NCBI GenBank assembly: GCA_973895155.1
Contig: OZ316892.1
Span: 22,979,168 to 23,043,167, forward strand
Direction of reading: 5' to 3'
From: Marsupella aquatica
Taxonomy: Eukaryota > Plantae > Marchantiophyta
Length of the DNA stretch: 64,000 nucleotides
Below, piece after piece: positions 12,501 through 26,700 of this stretch; the first letter of the stretch is position 1, and every line of letters begins with the position of its first letter. The notes beneath the pieces are model-generated. The model was not told where the DNA came from, searched no databases, and was given only the letters and a program-made list of their open reading frames with translations. The position numbers were made by a program, and so were the translations under genes.

Positions 12501-15500
12501 AAATTTCTGGCCTTTAAACCTATCCGGGCTCTAAGGGAAGTCTAGGGCACGCACCTGTCAAGGCTCTTGAAACTTCGCCCGTTGTGTTTGTATTTGGGAG
12601 CAACCTGCATTTCCATTCAGAGGGGACACAAGTTAAATTACAAAACAGAGGATTCCTCTCCTAACCACAGACTACAAAAAAGCACTTTCGGTACTCTTGA
12701 AACTGATCAAATCAGCCACTACTCAAGACAGTAATCTACTGTTCACGATCCGTTTCCGGCTCCCATAATGCTCTATAATGGTATTCCCTGGAATTTCATC
12801 TCCATCTTCTAACCTACAGCAGGGTAATTTCTCAAGAAGACAAGGAACCCAAATCCAAGTTGAGCACAACGTCAGCGACGATTGCAGTCGTGGAAGGGGA
12901 AGAGAACTACCCAAGAGTGACAAAATCATCAGCCAACGCATCAAATTCACGGTTGATAAGGTGTAGAGAAGCTTCAATCAATCCATTTCTCAAGTCCTGA
13001 GATACCTCACCCATCATTCCAAAGTCTGGGAAACAGAAATGCTGTCAGTTTTCTGTACGACCAGTCCGAAAGCTAAGGTGGTGTATATGTTATCGTTGCA
13101 CTACATCCGCATTCAAAAGCAGCAAATATTCAAAACTTCACCCTAGCTAAATTGCTTTTCATTTCGGAGAGCCGTATACGGGGAAATCTTGCACGTACGG
13201 TTCGGAGGGGGGCCACCCAAGGTTAAAACATACGCCTTGAAGAAGAGACTACACCATTGATATGATTACCGTCCATCTCTAAACTTGCGATGTAGCCAAT
13301 CTATTAACTCTTCAGATATTGTACCGCGAAAGACGCAAAACGAGGGATAGTAAGAAACAACCATAAAAACTGTCGATCGCAGCTCTTGGTGAGTTCAGGC
13401 ATATCAGGCCTTAGCTAGATCTAAGTCAAGTAGTCCAGTCTAAATACTCCACCGATGAAGATGCAATAGAAAAGCGATCCTAGACAACTTCTTTTTTAAG
13501 GACGAAGGGTGTTACCCAGATAGGCGAGTTTCCCATCAGGAGTCTTCATGAGGTTCCCAGGATGTGGATCCGCATGGTAGAAACCATAATCGAGCAACTG
13601 AGTTAATGAGCAGTTGACTCCCACCTGATGGTCATTACCAAATATAGAGGAAATGGAATGTCAAGTTTACTGGTAAGTAATTCAGCCATGGGAGAAGAAT
13701 GAACGAAGGTTGCCAATAGCCAAAGAGTCAGAGGAGGTGGGCAGCAGATAGTTGAGACATTCTATGTGACCGGAAGTGGACTTCTGGGGAACCAACCACC
13801 ACCTTCCAATTTAAGTGAGGCAAACTGGTGAAATTGGTGGAGGGCTTTGCAAAAATCAGAAGTATTTCTGTGCAAAGTAAATCCGGTTCTCTTGTTTCTA
13901 AACTTATTGCCTAGTAACGTAATTTTGCTAACGGATATTTCTTCTGAGAAGAAAATTCTTGCTTACCTCGACTAAATGTAAGTCACTGACTTCAGACAGC
14001 CTCTGGCCCTGAGAAAAGGACAATGTTGAGCTAAACGTCAGTGCCTCTAATCAGTTTCTCATGGCTGGCTCATGAATACATTTGGACCACAGTGAATTGT
14101 GAAGGATAGGAATGTACCTCTAGCCATTGCATGATTAAAACTCTGCTGCTGGTAAGCTCTGAATAAAATTCTGGGACAAGAACATCAGGCAAACTCCCGA
14201 ATAGCTTCCTGAACAACCAATTATCAAACTTGAATGCGATACACCACCAAAAGGTTTCCCATATTTTCCCACAGGCTTCAAGACTACAAATGCAAACTGC
14301 AAGACCAGAGAAACTTAAAAAGCACAGCATTACCTGAAACGTATGCCATTGCGAGCCTCTTCTTGATAGTCCATTTCCTGTAAAGTAATATATATGGGCT
14401 AAATCAGAAACATATTCGTCGCAAGAGCGATCCTTGCAAATTGCAGATCTATCACTTGGAGGGTGGTCGGGTCTATCTCACATGAGAGATAGAAAACGAC
14501 GGCGAGAATAAAGCCACCTCGAGTGTTTGAAGGATATCATTATAAAACAAATCTGAGATTGTAGGGAAGAGGGGGAAGAGCGCACCTTGAACAGGCTTGT
14601 TGCCCATTCATCGACAATACCCTGCATTTCAAAGAACATGCAGATGTTACTTATGGAAGCTTATCACCAGCAATCGGTCACTGTAAATGCGGAAATATCT
14701 CGGTTCATCTACACAGATTGGAATCTTCGCCCAAGTTGAAAAAAAGACGAACTAAGGAGCTGCTATGACACCAGTACAAATGTGACAAGGATTGACAAAG
14801 ACTGGGAACATAGGAAATCATGATGATTAAGGCTTCGTGTGCAAAAGGTGTTTGCATGCTAACCTCCAAATCCGTGTTCAGCCCGAATACCGCGCGAGCG
14901 ATACCAACAAGCCTGCGAAGAATATAAATATCTAGTGAAATCGCTGCTCGCACACCAGGCCTCTGCACCTTGACAGCAACAGCCTCTCCATTTGCCCGCA
15001 GACGAGCCTGATAGACCTGCTCCATTAAACCGGAAGTTTAAAATCGAGTAAGTATTCGCCAATCTCCACGTTAAGGAGTGGAGACTCCGATCGACTCATA
15101 ATGGGCCTACCAACTTTTACTAGCAAATGTTCCCATTTTCAATCATCGACAATGAAGGCAAGAGCTCTCAGCTCACGACAATCCAGATTGCAAACAATGA
15201 CCAACGGGCTAATGTGTCTTGGCAAAGTTTCTCACAGTGTTAAATATGAGGTTCTAAGTTCCGGAAGTAGTCTCACACCTGGCCAAGAGATGCGGCGGCT
15301 ACAGGCTGAGAAGAGATTTCAGAAAACAAAGACTCCACTGGCACACCGAGCTCCTCTTCAATGATAGTCAAGGCCACCTGAGTTGAGAAAGGGGCTATCC
15401 GGTCTTGCAAAAGTGCCAGCTCCTCGAGATATTCTGGTGAAACCACATCCTGCCAACCTCTTCAGGATAAGGATAAACAGCACTGAAGAACAGCTCAATG

Positions 15501-17128
15501 CATTCCTTGCCTATGCTTGCATGCACGTGTTATTGTGCGCAGTGTAACATTCAACCCACTTCGGCGTGGCCAAAAGGTGAAAAGCGGGAATAGACCGCTC
15601 TGCAATACGAAAAAGCAGCACCAGTGCTAGAGTTTTTTTTAGATCACGTGAGAATCTGCCGATTAACGGTCCCGCAGACTATGTATAGCAGATTGCCGAA
15701 ACTAAGCAGAGGCTGGCGGTACACAATTCCCATAGCAAAGTTCTCAAAAGTCTACTAAGGAGAAAATCCGGTTGACTTACCGGCCGCGAAGACACTGCTT
15801 GGGCAATCTTTACGTACGCCTGCAGCAGACAGAGATGCAATGCCAAATTAGGATGCTTCATGTTGGATTCTCATAATCCGGCTAAGGCTGCACGGTAATG
15901 CTGCCGGTAGTAACTCCCAAAGCACACTGGCTACTTTACAAACTCACCGACTAGTTGAGCGCCTAGCGACATCATATGTTCTGATTTCCTACTCAACTGT
16001 CATACAACAAGGTCTTAGTACCACAAATTAACATCGGAACCTAAAAGTCAGCCTACTATGGTACAAGCCACATACAGGACCAAGCTGCACAAGTGCGGCG
16101 CGAAGCTCTCCGGCTCGTTTCTGTACAACGACATGATCACACAATGATATCAGCTCGGAACAAGAAATTGCCATAGTTTCAGAATTTATCCAATGTAGCT
16201 TGGAACGTCCACTTCGCAAGAAACTTGAAATGTCCACTTCACAATGAACTTTTAAATTTCGTCGTCGTTACGAGGTGCAGCTAAATTCCATGCCCAACGA
16301 AACATCTGTCCTGTTTGTTCTACAATTCACAAACTCTTACCCTAAGGAAATTACTCAACGGCCTAAAAATATTAATGCATTTGCAGAGAACAAAGTCGGG
16401 AATCATATTAGCAGCCAAGGCATGATCCCGCTCAGTGGAGGTCACAATTCAGCTTGATACCCCAATTCCCCCATATAATTTCGAGAATTTCTATGCATTT
16501 ACTAATCCCTGAACTATTAAAATGCTCTCTATTGACTCTAACTCGGCGCTCAAGTCATTGCACGCATTTCGTGCAAAATTTGAACGTTTCAAACAGTGAT
16601 AATCGACCGAATGGGGAGAGCTTCCAAGAGCATTGTAATGATTCCACGGGAGGAAGAGAAAAATTATGCCTCTCGCACCTTGAATAGATACTGAGAGCGT
16701 CCAACTTTAGAGTCCACAAACCGGAGTGCAGCCCATCGGCCAAGCGTGGATCCAACCTGAACCAAACGACGGAGCAACAGGAAAGGGCGCTTTGTAAACA
16801 ATTTCGCCATCTTCTCCACATCGTACTCATCCAACTGCTCCGCCTCATCGGTTGCCGCATCCGCAATGTATCCCGAGTACTTCGAAAATGTGTCTTTCTC
16901 CGAAGCACCTCCCCAACCCGAAGGATTCACATCAGTGCTACTCGTTCCATTCCCACTCCTGCCCGCAGCGCACCTCACCACAGACGCCCGCCTCCATTTC
17001 AATTGCCCGTTCACTTCAACGCGAGCAACCTTCCTATTTCGCAGATCGAATCGCCCTAGTTTCAGCGAGCTGTCCACTCCTTGCAGCACCTTGGCTTGTA
17101 CACGAGAAGCTCCGACGATGGCCGCCAT
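9513..17128 (-). CDS. ABC1K5: Plastid ABC1/UbiB atypical kinase (At1g71810/ABC1K5-like), ~21 exons
   Basis: Exons give [109 protein letters not shown] and [12 protein letters not shown], with a transit-peptide-like N-terminus. The final exon/stop at ~9513 is less certain. Confidence 0.93.
13169..13257 (+). other. Group II intron domain V-VI fragment (probably organelle-derived), antisense within an ABC1K5 intron
   Basis: GAGCCGTATACGGGGAAATCTTGCACGTACGGTTC matches the domain V consensus. It is followed by GGAGGGGGG...CAAGG..CCTTG...ACTACACC-AT, a domain VI-like stem with an AY 3' end. Confidence 0.85.
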
Positions 17129-18089
17129 AGCTTCCTGCTCAGAGTAGAAAGAAGCCGCAGCGTTGCGATTCCAATTTCTCAATAACTGTTTCCATTTCAC
17201 ATTAGTAGACCAGAACTTCGGGGGACGACCGGATCACCGGACAAAGACGGAGGACCGGTCCGAGGTCCGAATGTATACGTCGTACATCGTATTTCGTAGC
17301 CATTATTTCGACGATTCAATCTACACCTTCAAAAAATACCGTTTGACGGTCTGGATATGTTTGGATTGTCGGCAATCTGGCTTACGAATTTTGTGTTAAT
17401 ACTTTACCCGACGGTCAGTGGACGAGGAGATTTATCCGTGGGTTACTTTCAGGGACCATGGGTTCCACTTGGCATGGACTGATTTCCTTACGCTGTAGGG
17501 CCACCGCTGTGTAAGGGATGGGGGACGAGTCGACACGACAGCACTTTGGAACGGGTCAAGTTCGAGTATCAGTGGCTCGCTCTCTTCGATTTTGTGTAGG
17601 ATAATAATTACTTGGAAAAAGGGATGAAAGGTGTCAATACCTAGAGACAAGGGTCGAGAGCTCAACACGAAGGTTGAGATGAACAAAAAGACTCTAGACC
17701 CCTACTTGTTATTTAGTTGTTTGTTTATGTGAGTAGTGAATGGATGTGGAGAAGCAAGTACTTTGTTTTACGAGATGGTTTATTGTCTAAATTCATGGAA
17801 TTATAATATTTGTAAACAGTAAATTAATGATAAAAAGTGTGTATAAAGGAAAGAAGAAAGTGGGTGGGACTGGGCCTATTAGCTTGGATGGGATGTCCAT
17901 CTAAACCTTTGGACTTAGATGGGATCCCAAACTGCTCATAGTGTGAAAGTCTAATTTTTTCAGTCCAGAACCATATCACCCTAGTGAAATCCCATGTTGG
18001 AAAAGATCCCACTCAAGCATATTTAGGAATCCCATCTGAACATAGCTTATAGCAAGGTGGGATTGCCAATGCAAGAAAAACCCCAAATA

Positions 18090-18142
18090 AATAGAGTACA
18101 AAATTAGGGAGATCTTACTGGTCCCTGATTTTGTACTCTATT
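18090..18142. repeat. 21-bp inverted repeat hairpin
   Basis: AATAGAGTACAAAATTAGGGA / TCCCTGATTTTGTACTCTATT with one G-U pair and an 11-nt loop. Confidence 0.85.
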
Positions 18143-19539
18143 ATTACCCTAAACCATGCTCTTAATAAGTAAGCTCCCCCTAATTTTTCAGTTTACAATT
18201 TGAACAGCATTTCATTGTAGCAATCATATAGATTCATAGTCATATGAACTATCTCGATAACTTGTTTGTGGCATTCACAACTCAAGATGCTATGTTTGTG
18301 AGAATTCTTGCACTTACCAATTTGGTGTGATTTTTGTTTATTGCACTTTTGAACCAAAAGTTTTACTTGCACGTGGATAGGATTGCACTTTAAAATGTTG
18401 CACTAAGGGAGGGGCAACCATTTAAGACAAAATTAGGGCCCAGGGACGGCTATAGTAGCTGTGTTATTAAGCTTATTGCAACCTGCACATTTTGACATTT
18501 GCACATACCTGAGCTCATATATGTTGGTGTTGCTGGCTTTTCCTACGTGTAGTAAGGGTTTATGTCGGATAATCATTACTAATCAACCCGGGAATCTCAT
18601 TACTAATCAACCCGGGAATCAACCACTTCTTGTGAAGACAAATGCATGGGAACTGCAAATTCATTGAGCATAATTTTATTCATAATTGATCATTTTAATC
18701 AAAGCATGGGTCCAAAAGTTTCAAACAGATTAATATTACATTGAATCTTTTCTACCATTGAGTTGATTTGTTTCAGCATGAGTTAAACATTACATAAGGG
18801 GACAATTATACTAAGGGACAGTTTGCTCATATGATGGACAATGCAGCAAAAATTGAAGAGGATTGTCTCTTGAACAATCAATGTTGCTCATGGAACAAAG
18901 ATCACCTCAAATGCAGACATTAGTGACCCAACAAATCAAAGTTCTCTATCAATGGCAAGGGGCATGTAATCCCCCATGTTAAGGTTTAGCCCTAAACCTC
19001 AGGTCATTATCAAGGCAATCCCTAAAAACCAACAGGGATGTCACTTTTTGGACCAGCTTGCAGAGTTTTGGGAAAAACCTAAATTCAGCAGGGAGTGTTT
19101 GCTAACAAGTAGACACCATAGCAAAGTAACACCAACCAGATGAGATTGGCAAGGAGCTAAAATCATATGAGGGCTTCAAATGAAAATGTGGCGACATCCA
19201 TTCCAAAACAAATCAACAAATCCCTAGCTGTGGACGATCCAATGCAATGACATCCTGATATTGTCACTTAAGATCAATCTTGATCCTATTTTTTCACTCA
19301 TTTTGCAGTCTTACACAACTAGCCTTCTTTGATTCCTACTAGTTAAAAGGCTGGGGGAGTTTTACAAAACATCACTAATTTTTGCACCTGTTCTTCTTGC
19401 CTTCTTTTTCTATATCTAAGCTTATAGTTTATAAATTGGATTCCACGGCACTGTCAGACCCTCAAAAGGAGTGAGTCATATCTGTGTACAAGAACTTTTC
19501 GGTTGGACCTTTCTTTGCTATGTGCCCCATTGAGAACAA

Positions 19540-21564
19540 GTTGGGCAAACAAATGTTTTGTGATATATATCAGACAGTCTGTCAACAACAGTTGTGTTCA
19601 TGTATGTTTGTGCTCTAAAAACCAACAGGGTATATTCTTCATAATTTGGAGAAACCTTGGGATAAGCATAAGCAGCTGACTGGTGAAGAAGGAGATCGAC
19701 TCACCATAAAATTACCTCGATTCAAGCAAGTAGTAGTGGGCACAATGTTCAAACAAGCAACTGAGAAATGGTGAATCTGGTGGATGTTTTGTTATGTATG
19801 TATACAAAGCATGCATTTTTTAGTAGTATATTTTCCCAGTGGAAAGAAGACAAAGACAATCCAGCCAAACAAAAGCTTTTCACAAAATTTCAAGCATTAC
19901 ATGGCTCTCTCATTTTCGGGCTCAATTTATCCAGGATATAGTTCCTTAAAAAAAGTTGCTTGTTTGGCCAACTCAAGAGACAATAATGTGTTCTCTTGGG
20001 GTGCTCAAATGAAGAAAGACTCAATCCAATGCTGACGAGATTCTCAGCTCAATCAATTTGCAATTGACCAGTGCCTGAATCGGGTCTCTAAGATGAACAG
20101 GGTCCAAGATTTTTCCACCATGGCTCAACCTGCAAGTCTCAAAATCTGGGTGGGTCCTGTGGGACAAGACCCTGGACAAGACAACAAGAGCAATGCTTTA
20201 GGTCTTCCGCTGAACACAACTGACGTTAGCCATGACATGGATGAAGATGATTTCTCTATCATGGTGAGCTCAAAACTTTCAATGCTTTTATGCAAATCAT
20301 AGATTCCCTTGAGACGAATCTCCCTAGAGGCTGACTGGCAGTTTAAAAACCATCTTAACAAGGCCAATCTTAAATGAGCCCTTTCTTTTCCTTCGAGTCT
20401 GTTTGATATCCTGGACAAACCAATTTTTTTGCCCCAAGTTTTAGAATTGTAAAACCAATTCCTTTGTGACAAAAATACCTCAACTTCCCAGCTTGTAGGA
20501 GTCAAGAAATGTTTGGCTACTACTGGTAGAAGAGATGTGACATGCTTGTTGGAATAAAAATTATAATGGAATGATGGCCACCGATGGAGAGTCTGAAAGA
20601 ATTTATCCTAAGAACAAATGATGGAACTATTATGCAGATGAATCCATCTGGAGACATCCTTGATTACTTTGGACAACTTGAGCTGGCATTGAAGAAAAAG
20701 AAAGAGGTACCTCGTCAATGCAAATTCTTTTTTTTCCTTTCAGCTTTTCACCGGACTGGCATGGATATGCCACAACAATACCAAGGGGCTTCACGCTCTT
20801 CTTTAAGCCTCCAGGTGTCACATATATGTGACTTAATTTGTTGTTCCCTCCATGTCAACCTTGTGGATGATATATGAAATTGGGATCTATGAGGAGTATC
20901 ATCTAGTACTTGGCATGCACCAATTCTAAAGAATGACGAAATAACTCACTATTCAGAAAATCACTTCTGAAGTTCAGAATAATGACTACTAGAACAGTTC
21001 TTCTTTGTGAAGTTAAGGAGACTTTCATCTTGATGGCCTAGTTCAAAGTACTTCATTAAACTTCTATATTCTGTTTGTTATATTGTATTGAGCTGAAATT
21101 TTGGAGGTGATGAAATTATTGTTAGAAGTTTGTTGCTGTAGCTCAAGTCTTGTTTGGTTCAGTCTAGTCTGTCTCACCACATACAACATGATTCTCAGGT
21201 TTTGCAAGAGAAGCTTGGAAAAATGCCCCCAGTTATCAGCCATGCTGATGTTTTCACTATTGGCATTCCCCATTATGTTGATACTGATATGGCTAATCGT
21301 ACTCCCTCCAATCGCATTGCCACCAATTATAGGTACACACCTCAACCCAAAATTCATCATAGAGGTGTTGGCTCAATTGGAGTGATTGAAAACATACTTT
21401 TCCCAGAAATATCTATGGTTCATGGCCTCCATAGTGTAAACAATGAAAAAACCCAGGACCAAGCTTCCCATTATGCAGCAACAAAACCAAACTTATATAT
21501 CCATATAAAATATATAAAATATCCATATCCATGTCTATGCTTACGGAATACCACCTTATTATAG
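19540..21564 (+). pseudogene. Decayed long intronless ORF of unknown family
   Basis: ORFs 19784-20035 and 20093-20302 share one frame that has only about 7 stops over ~340 codons by my count. ORFs 20584-20877 and 21154-21564 share a second frame. No recognised motif. Confidence 0.4.
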
Positions 21565-23519
21565 ATTGGTATTGTTTTATAGGTTACTTTTTCTTCAAAC
21601 CTTTATATCCCATAGTGAGGAGAAGCTCCAGCCAATTATGACACTTTGGGAGATTTGATACAATTCCAAACATCTCTTAGATTAGCTCTTTCTAGCAAGG
21701 AAAGTGGAGCAGGCGTACTGATCAAAGTAATTATCTCTTAGCTAGAACTGTGAGAAATCAATACAGTTCAGGGTATGTCGACACAGTTTGAGTGTATAAT
21801 TTAACTCCTAATTACTGTGATACACACCTGGTAACCCCGTTCAAGTATATAATCTGTGAATAGTGCAATGAAGATGTGATCTATGTTGGTAAGTTGCATA
21901 TAGCATACTCATCCTGGAACATGAAAAGTTATTTTGTTCTCTAGCAAAAAGTTTAAGTTTTTTAGTGAAATACAAGTGATCTACTTTTTTATGGCAAATA
22001 TAAATAGTACATTGATTAGGAAGCGTGACATTGAAAAGTTGTGCACATAAGGTACAAGAGTAAAAGTACACATGTAAAGAAAAGTAATAATGAACAGGAA
22101 AAATCTAAGTCTATGGTATTGGGTCCTGCACATATTATACACCATTAAAGATACTTATGTACTTATCTTAGGTAATGACACTCAAATGAATTAAAACCAT
22201 AAATTTAGGACACAAAACCATGAGTAGAACTTAAAGACATGAGGAGTACACTTTAATTAGATCATTTCTTCTTCACTAAGGGCTAGAACTTCCATGAGCT
22301 TTGTTAAAGGGTGGATGATCAAAAGTATAGCAAAGATTGACAAATTTAGAGGGGTGCCAGATTAAATTCAAAATCTAAAGTATACAAGGGATGCACCATG
22401 GTAAGACACATTGAATTAAAATACACAAGAAAAGAAGTTTGAATAAGACAAAATACTGGAAGATGGATTCACCATATAGCATATAGCAGTTTCATTCACC
22501 ATATAGCAGTTTCATTGGTAAGTTGCATATACGGACTACTCTAAGTATTAAACAAGTGAAGATATGAATAGCAATGAGTCTGCTGAAGTTTTGGGGATTC
22601 CACTACTGTACTACTGTCCTGGCTTTCTTCTACATTGTGCAAATAAATAATAATAACGTAGTATTAGAATTGTGTTTTTGGCTGGCAAGTCTACTTCCTG
22701 GCCTTCTTGCCTTGTTGTGTCCCTTTGTGTCTGGCTTGGACCTCAGGAATTTTAAAACCACTCATTCAGAAATCTTAGAGGTAGCAATTCAGCTCCATTA
22801 CTTTCCAAGTACGTTGTTATAGTCTATATCTATCTAGTCTATCTAGATATATATAATATAATACATGCAGCACTAATTACAGAGCAATGTCTATGGTTCA
22901 AGGGCTACTCTAATGCATACCTTGATCGTGACTTTTGGAACCTTACACTAAGGTTAGGAGTGGAGGAGGTCGTCCCACTTTTGGTCTGACTAGCCCCGAC
23001 TACCCGTTTTTTGAATGTGAATAGCGAAGAGGACAATAAAAAAATTATCAAAATATTTGTTTATTCATTAATATTCTTTAAAAATTAATGAAATAATAAT
23101 ATATTATTTTCCTTGTATGTGCACATCAGTATTTTTGTGTGCACATCCATCTTCTATGCACATATGAATGTTATGGTGGGGCCATAGTGCTTATATTTTT
23201 TGAATGTAATAATTAGAAATTATTATAAAAAATTGGCATGTACATACATCATATTCATGTCATGAGTTTCTCTTATGCACATGATGACCATAGAGTTACG
23301 GTCTAGAGGCTTCACTCTAGACCTAGGCTCTTAATTATAGACTTCAGTTCGCGCTTTTATATTAAGATGGGGTCCATCAAGTAACAGTTTTCAATTTAGG
23401 GGTCCATCAAGTATATATCTCTTCATTAGGGCCTCTCAAAATTTCAAAATTACTGTCACAAATGAATGGTCATAGCTTTTTCAAAGGGTTTATATAAAAG
23501 TTTTTTTTTGTTTTTTGTT

Positions 23520-23640
23520 TCTATAGTGACTAATGGTCATGACATAAAACCAATCTTTATGCCCAAAAATTATGGACTATGAATATGGCAAAACTTTTTG
23601 TGTCCATAACCCTTATTATAAGTTAAGGTCCATTAAATTG
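23520..23640 (+). repeat. Dispersed AT-rich repeat, copy 2
   Basis: Homologous to 3504-3630. Confidence 0.75.
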
Positions 23641-23753
23641 GGAGAGATGAATCAAAACTCTGAGCTTAGAGAGGCCCTATTATTTGATTTATGTACATGA
23701 CAGCTTTGGTTTATTTCTTGCATTGCAGTCCAGCAGCAGCAGTGTTCGAATCA

Positions 23754-26700
23754 ATGCCGCCATACATTCGACACGTTCATCGAGAACAGGCATCGATATA
23801 CGCGAATTACCTTGCAAGCCCATTCTACGAAGGCAAGCCACCATGGCAGTACTCAGACGGCAGTGACCCAATTCACGCCAACGAAAATCTGTACCAAGTG
23901 GCTTTGGCTCGAGAAGCTGAACGTCGTCGACTGAAGTACCTGAAGAGATCCCTCTCGCCCAACAGTGAAAATGGAAAGAATGCTTTTCTGTACCCTGAGA
24001 ACGAAAGGATTTACCAAGGAGGATCGCCGAAGATGACGAAGGTCGTTCCTTCGAGCAAAGCTCTCGAAGATATGCGCGCGACGTGGAAAAAACCGCACTT
24101 CGATGATGATGCTGAACCCAGCACCTCGCATGGCTCTGGTCGAACGACTGGTAGATCTGGATCACAATTTGCCGTTGAGGGAGAGCTCATTCCCTGCCCA
24201 CTCCACCGCGTTCTGATGGGCGACAAGCACTTCAATGCGGACAGGAGAGTGAGCGCATATGAGAAAACTCGACGTGTTAGTCTGAAGTCCTTCCCTGCTC
24301 CGCCTATCGTTGAGAGCCCGCGAAGCCGAACCAAAGCTCGCAGGACACCGCCTACCGGAACTCCGCAAGACGTTTTCTCTGCTGCAGAGAACATCCTGAA
24401 GTATGAGTATTATTTGGAGAATGGAATCGAGGAACGATACATCACTGCACTGAATAATAAATGGCTGACAGATGCTGCGCACCGCATCGGTCACCGTTGG
24501 CAGCTCAAGCTCCCACCTGAACAGTATCACTACGTAATGGTTCATGTGGCACTCGAGGTCAAGTATCAATATCTGTACAGCATGCGCAAGGCCATCCTTA
24601 ATTATGTCTTGAAGGTGACAACCGCCTTCTTCCTTGAACAAGGCACGACCTGCCTGCCAAATAGTGAGTCATAAACGAGTTACGTGCAAATTTTCTCAGC
24701 ATTAATGCATGCTCAGTAGGCAGGCACCTTATAAAACTTTAGACTGTCTGAAGTCATGTCTGCTATATTTTCCTATATGGCAAGCCGAATTGAATAATCA
24801 CTCGTCTAGTTCAGAAGATGGACTGGGAAGCAAATTGAAGATAAATGTGTTTTTCATAGACTGATGCAGACTTAATAACCATGAGCCAATTGGAAGTTTA
24901 GTATGGGATTCTCCTCAAAATGATGTACAAACTTTCATCAGGGTTCAGCAGAGCCCACTGAAAGCCAATGCAAGAGACGCGGCAAAAACTGGATTTGGTT
25001 CCCTCCTGGAAAACAAAATGAAGCAAATTGTATATATTTCAATTCAACTTGAAAGATCTGGGAAGTGAAGTTTGGGAGGCAGGGGGTTGTCGTAACTTTG
25101 AGAGAAATGACACATTGAAAAGGCTGTGTATTGGTTTAATGTGTAGGATCCAAAAGAGAGGAAGAGGCTTGGTCTGGAAAATTTGGATGGAGCTTTGCAA
25201 GCGTTGGCAACAGGCTTTGTCGGCAAAGCCACAACTGTCCAAATCCTCTCTAGGCAATGGCGAGAAGCAGTTGCGCAGGCTCATGCTGAAGTTGTGGTGA
25301 GCATGTACAGGTTGAATCCTTTGGCCTTAGAAGTGATGGCACTCTGGGAAAGAGATTATGGAAGTGTTTATTTTCTCCAGGTGGAATCAGAGGAGTTCAT
25401 TAGTCACTTGCCGGACGAGTTACCTATTTTTGAGATCACTCAAAAGGAGTACGCATCAAAAGTAAGGGGAGCACTATTGAAAGAGTGGCTGCTCCTGGTG
25501 CTCGACAAGCTAAAATACGCCATTCCAAAGCCAACCATGGAAATGTTGGGATTCTATCAAGCAATGGCTGTTCTCATGTCTAACCAGATCCGAAAGCTTG
25601 CGGAGGACAGCATAATCTCCTTCGTGAAGTTCTTTGGTCAGTTCGCAAATGGTAGTTCGTACGATTGGAAACCTGCCGTTGAAAGGCCTGCTGGTGAAAA
25701 GCCGAAAATCTCTTTCGACGACTTAAGTCTCACTATAAAGCCCGTCCCGCCTAACAAGCTGAAGCAGTTTTTTGGAAGGATACGATTTGCCTCGGAGAAG
25801 ACCTCCACACAAAACAAATCTCCTCCCTTCTACATTACTTTGAAAAATGACTTTGGGATTTACAGGTACTTGACGCCAATTGTTGCGGACGCGTAGAATT
25901 GCTTAGTTTCAATAAAGAGAGCTTACGTTTCTTTTGTTTTGCAGGGCTAGAAACTTAGATAAGCTAAACAATATCCATTTGTTGAAGAAATAATTGAAGT
26001 CTGCCAAGTAAAATCATCTGAGCTCACATGGATGTCGTAAATCTTAGCCGAACATTTAATGGTTCAGCTGCATTCCTTCATTTGAAGAGATTGCGGATGC
26101 CCTCCTGCGCGTGATCGACTGGGCTGTTTTCGAGAGCAGTGGTTTCATGCGCGTTGATTCGGAGCATGTAGAGCCATCACTCAGGACGTTGCAGCATATG
26201 ACAATCGAAGATGAGCTTGTGCTAGTAGCCAAGAATTACATCAGGCAGGTGCTATCTCTCTCTCTGTTGGTCTAAACCCTGCCCCTAAATAAATAAAATT
26301 ACAATCATCGCGGCCAATGTTTTGCATCTGTTTTTCCTATCCAGGACAGTCTCTTCTCTCGATTTGTATTTGATCGGAATTTCTCTTCAGTCATCCTGCT
26401 GAATTATGGAGGGTGCTTTCTCTTTCGCTGATGGAATAAAACAGAATGATTGAGAGTGTGTCTTGATGGTTCACTTAATTACCTTGCAGATTGTGTATGC
26501 CAATGCAAGGGGACCTCAAGAAATCATGATAAGTTTTGAGAGTTTCCTGGACTTAGCACATTTAAATGCCTATACGTATGCAAAAGAGTACCTACTGATG
26601 GATAAGCCACTAGAGGACTACAAGACTACCCTTGACAAATTCACGCAAAGAGCAGTCGAGGCGGAGGCGGCGAGTGCAAATGAAATCGATTGTGGTCTTG

